Of a stretch of DNA of 37,179 nucleotides, positions 36,973-37,179 are shown in pieces. The notes below the pieces were generated by a model. The model ran no database searches. It worked only from the letters and a program-made list of their open reading frames with translations, and had not been told where the DNA came from. Source of the stretch: Candidatus Omnitrophota bacterium (lineage in GTDB: Bacteria; Omnitrophota; Gorgyraeia; Duberdicusellales; 4484-171); the NCBI GenBank assembly GCA_023819525.1, contig JAMWCT010000002.1, forward strand, positions 1 through 37,179, read 5' to 3'. Made by a program: the position numbers and the translations under genes. The first letter of the stretch is position 1, and each line of letters starts with the position of its first letter.

Positions 36973-37179
36973 TTATTGCTCTATCTTAAATTTTAATTTC
37001 TCAATAGTTTCTGAAGGGCGAGATTTCCAACGTCTATGAATCCACCCCCATTGCTGTGGGTAATTGTAAATCCAATTTTCAAACATTTTCGTAAATCTTG
37101 CTACATTCACAAGAATAGTTTCATCTTTATCAGCCTTAATAATCAATGGCTGCTTAGGTAAAAATTTTATTATGTGTTT
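36973..37179 (-). CDS. C-terminal part of a lipid A acyltransferase (LpxL/HtrB family), truncated by the window edge
   Basis: Not in the ORF track. Manual translation gives KHIIKFLPKQPLII...FENWIYNYPQQWGWIHRRWKSRP...KIEQ*, carrying the family C-terminal PxQWxWxHRRWK motif. Confidence 0.82.
   Translation of the reverse strand, partial: KHIIKFLPKQPLIIKADKDETILVNVARFTKMFENWIYNYPQQWGWIHRRWKSRPSETIEKLKFKIEQ

Noticed and set aside
1-37179. Alternative genetic code, programmed frameshifts or pseudogenes
   Set aside because: All recognised genes translate full-length in code 11 with TAA, TAG and TGA used as stops. Poly-A/T runs are frequent but none breaks a reading frame.

Overview
AT-rich (visually <30% GC), very gene-dense window from a diderm (lipid A-making) bacterium. 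The gene content and order suggest the PVC superphylum, possibly Ca. Omnitrophota; this is an inference only. Positions 1-24.8 kb are a minus-strand housekeeping run: msbA, rpsB-tsf-pyrH-frr, tRNA-Lys/Leu/Gly, a permease-less PTS cluster (ptsN-yvcK-ptsH-ptsI plus a nucleotidyltransferase), pheA-hisC-aroF-tyrA-cmk, lepA-lepB-pgsA-plsY, and recA-degP-recX-alaS-hisD. Positions 24.9-28.8 kb hold lipid A genes (GnnA-like dehydrogenase, lpxB, lpxA) and an AmmeMemoRadiSam enzyme. Positions 28.9-36.9 kb form a carbohydrate/lipid-storage-like neighbourhood, and a partial lipid A acyltransferase ends the window. Three things stand out. (1) An orphan ParA/Soj ATPase fused to an AMPK-beta-type glycogen-binding module is translationally coupled to a membrane-anchored protein with a basic N-terminal tail, close to GH57 and GH1 genes; this is a candidate glycogen-granule positioning system. 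(2) A 200-bp non-coding, highly palindromic element lies between tRNA-Lys and a duplicate of its 3' end and contains an anti-T-arm sequence. (3) A cNMP-like/P-loop/patatin three-domain fusion has a degenerate cyclic-nucleotide pocket. No CRISPR array, rRNA, transposase or integrase is visible.
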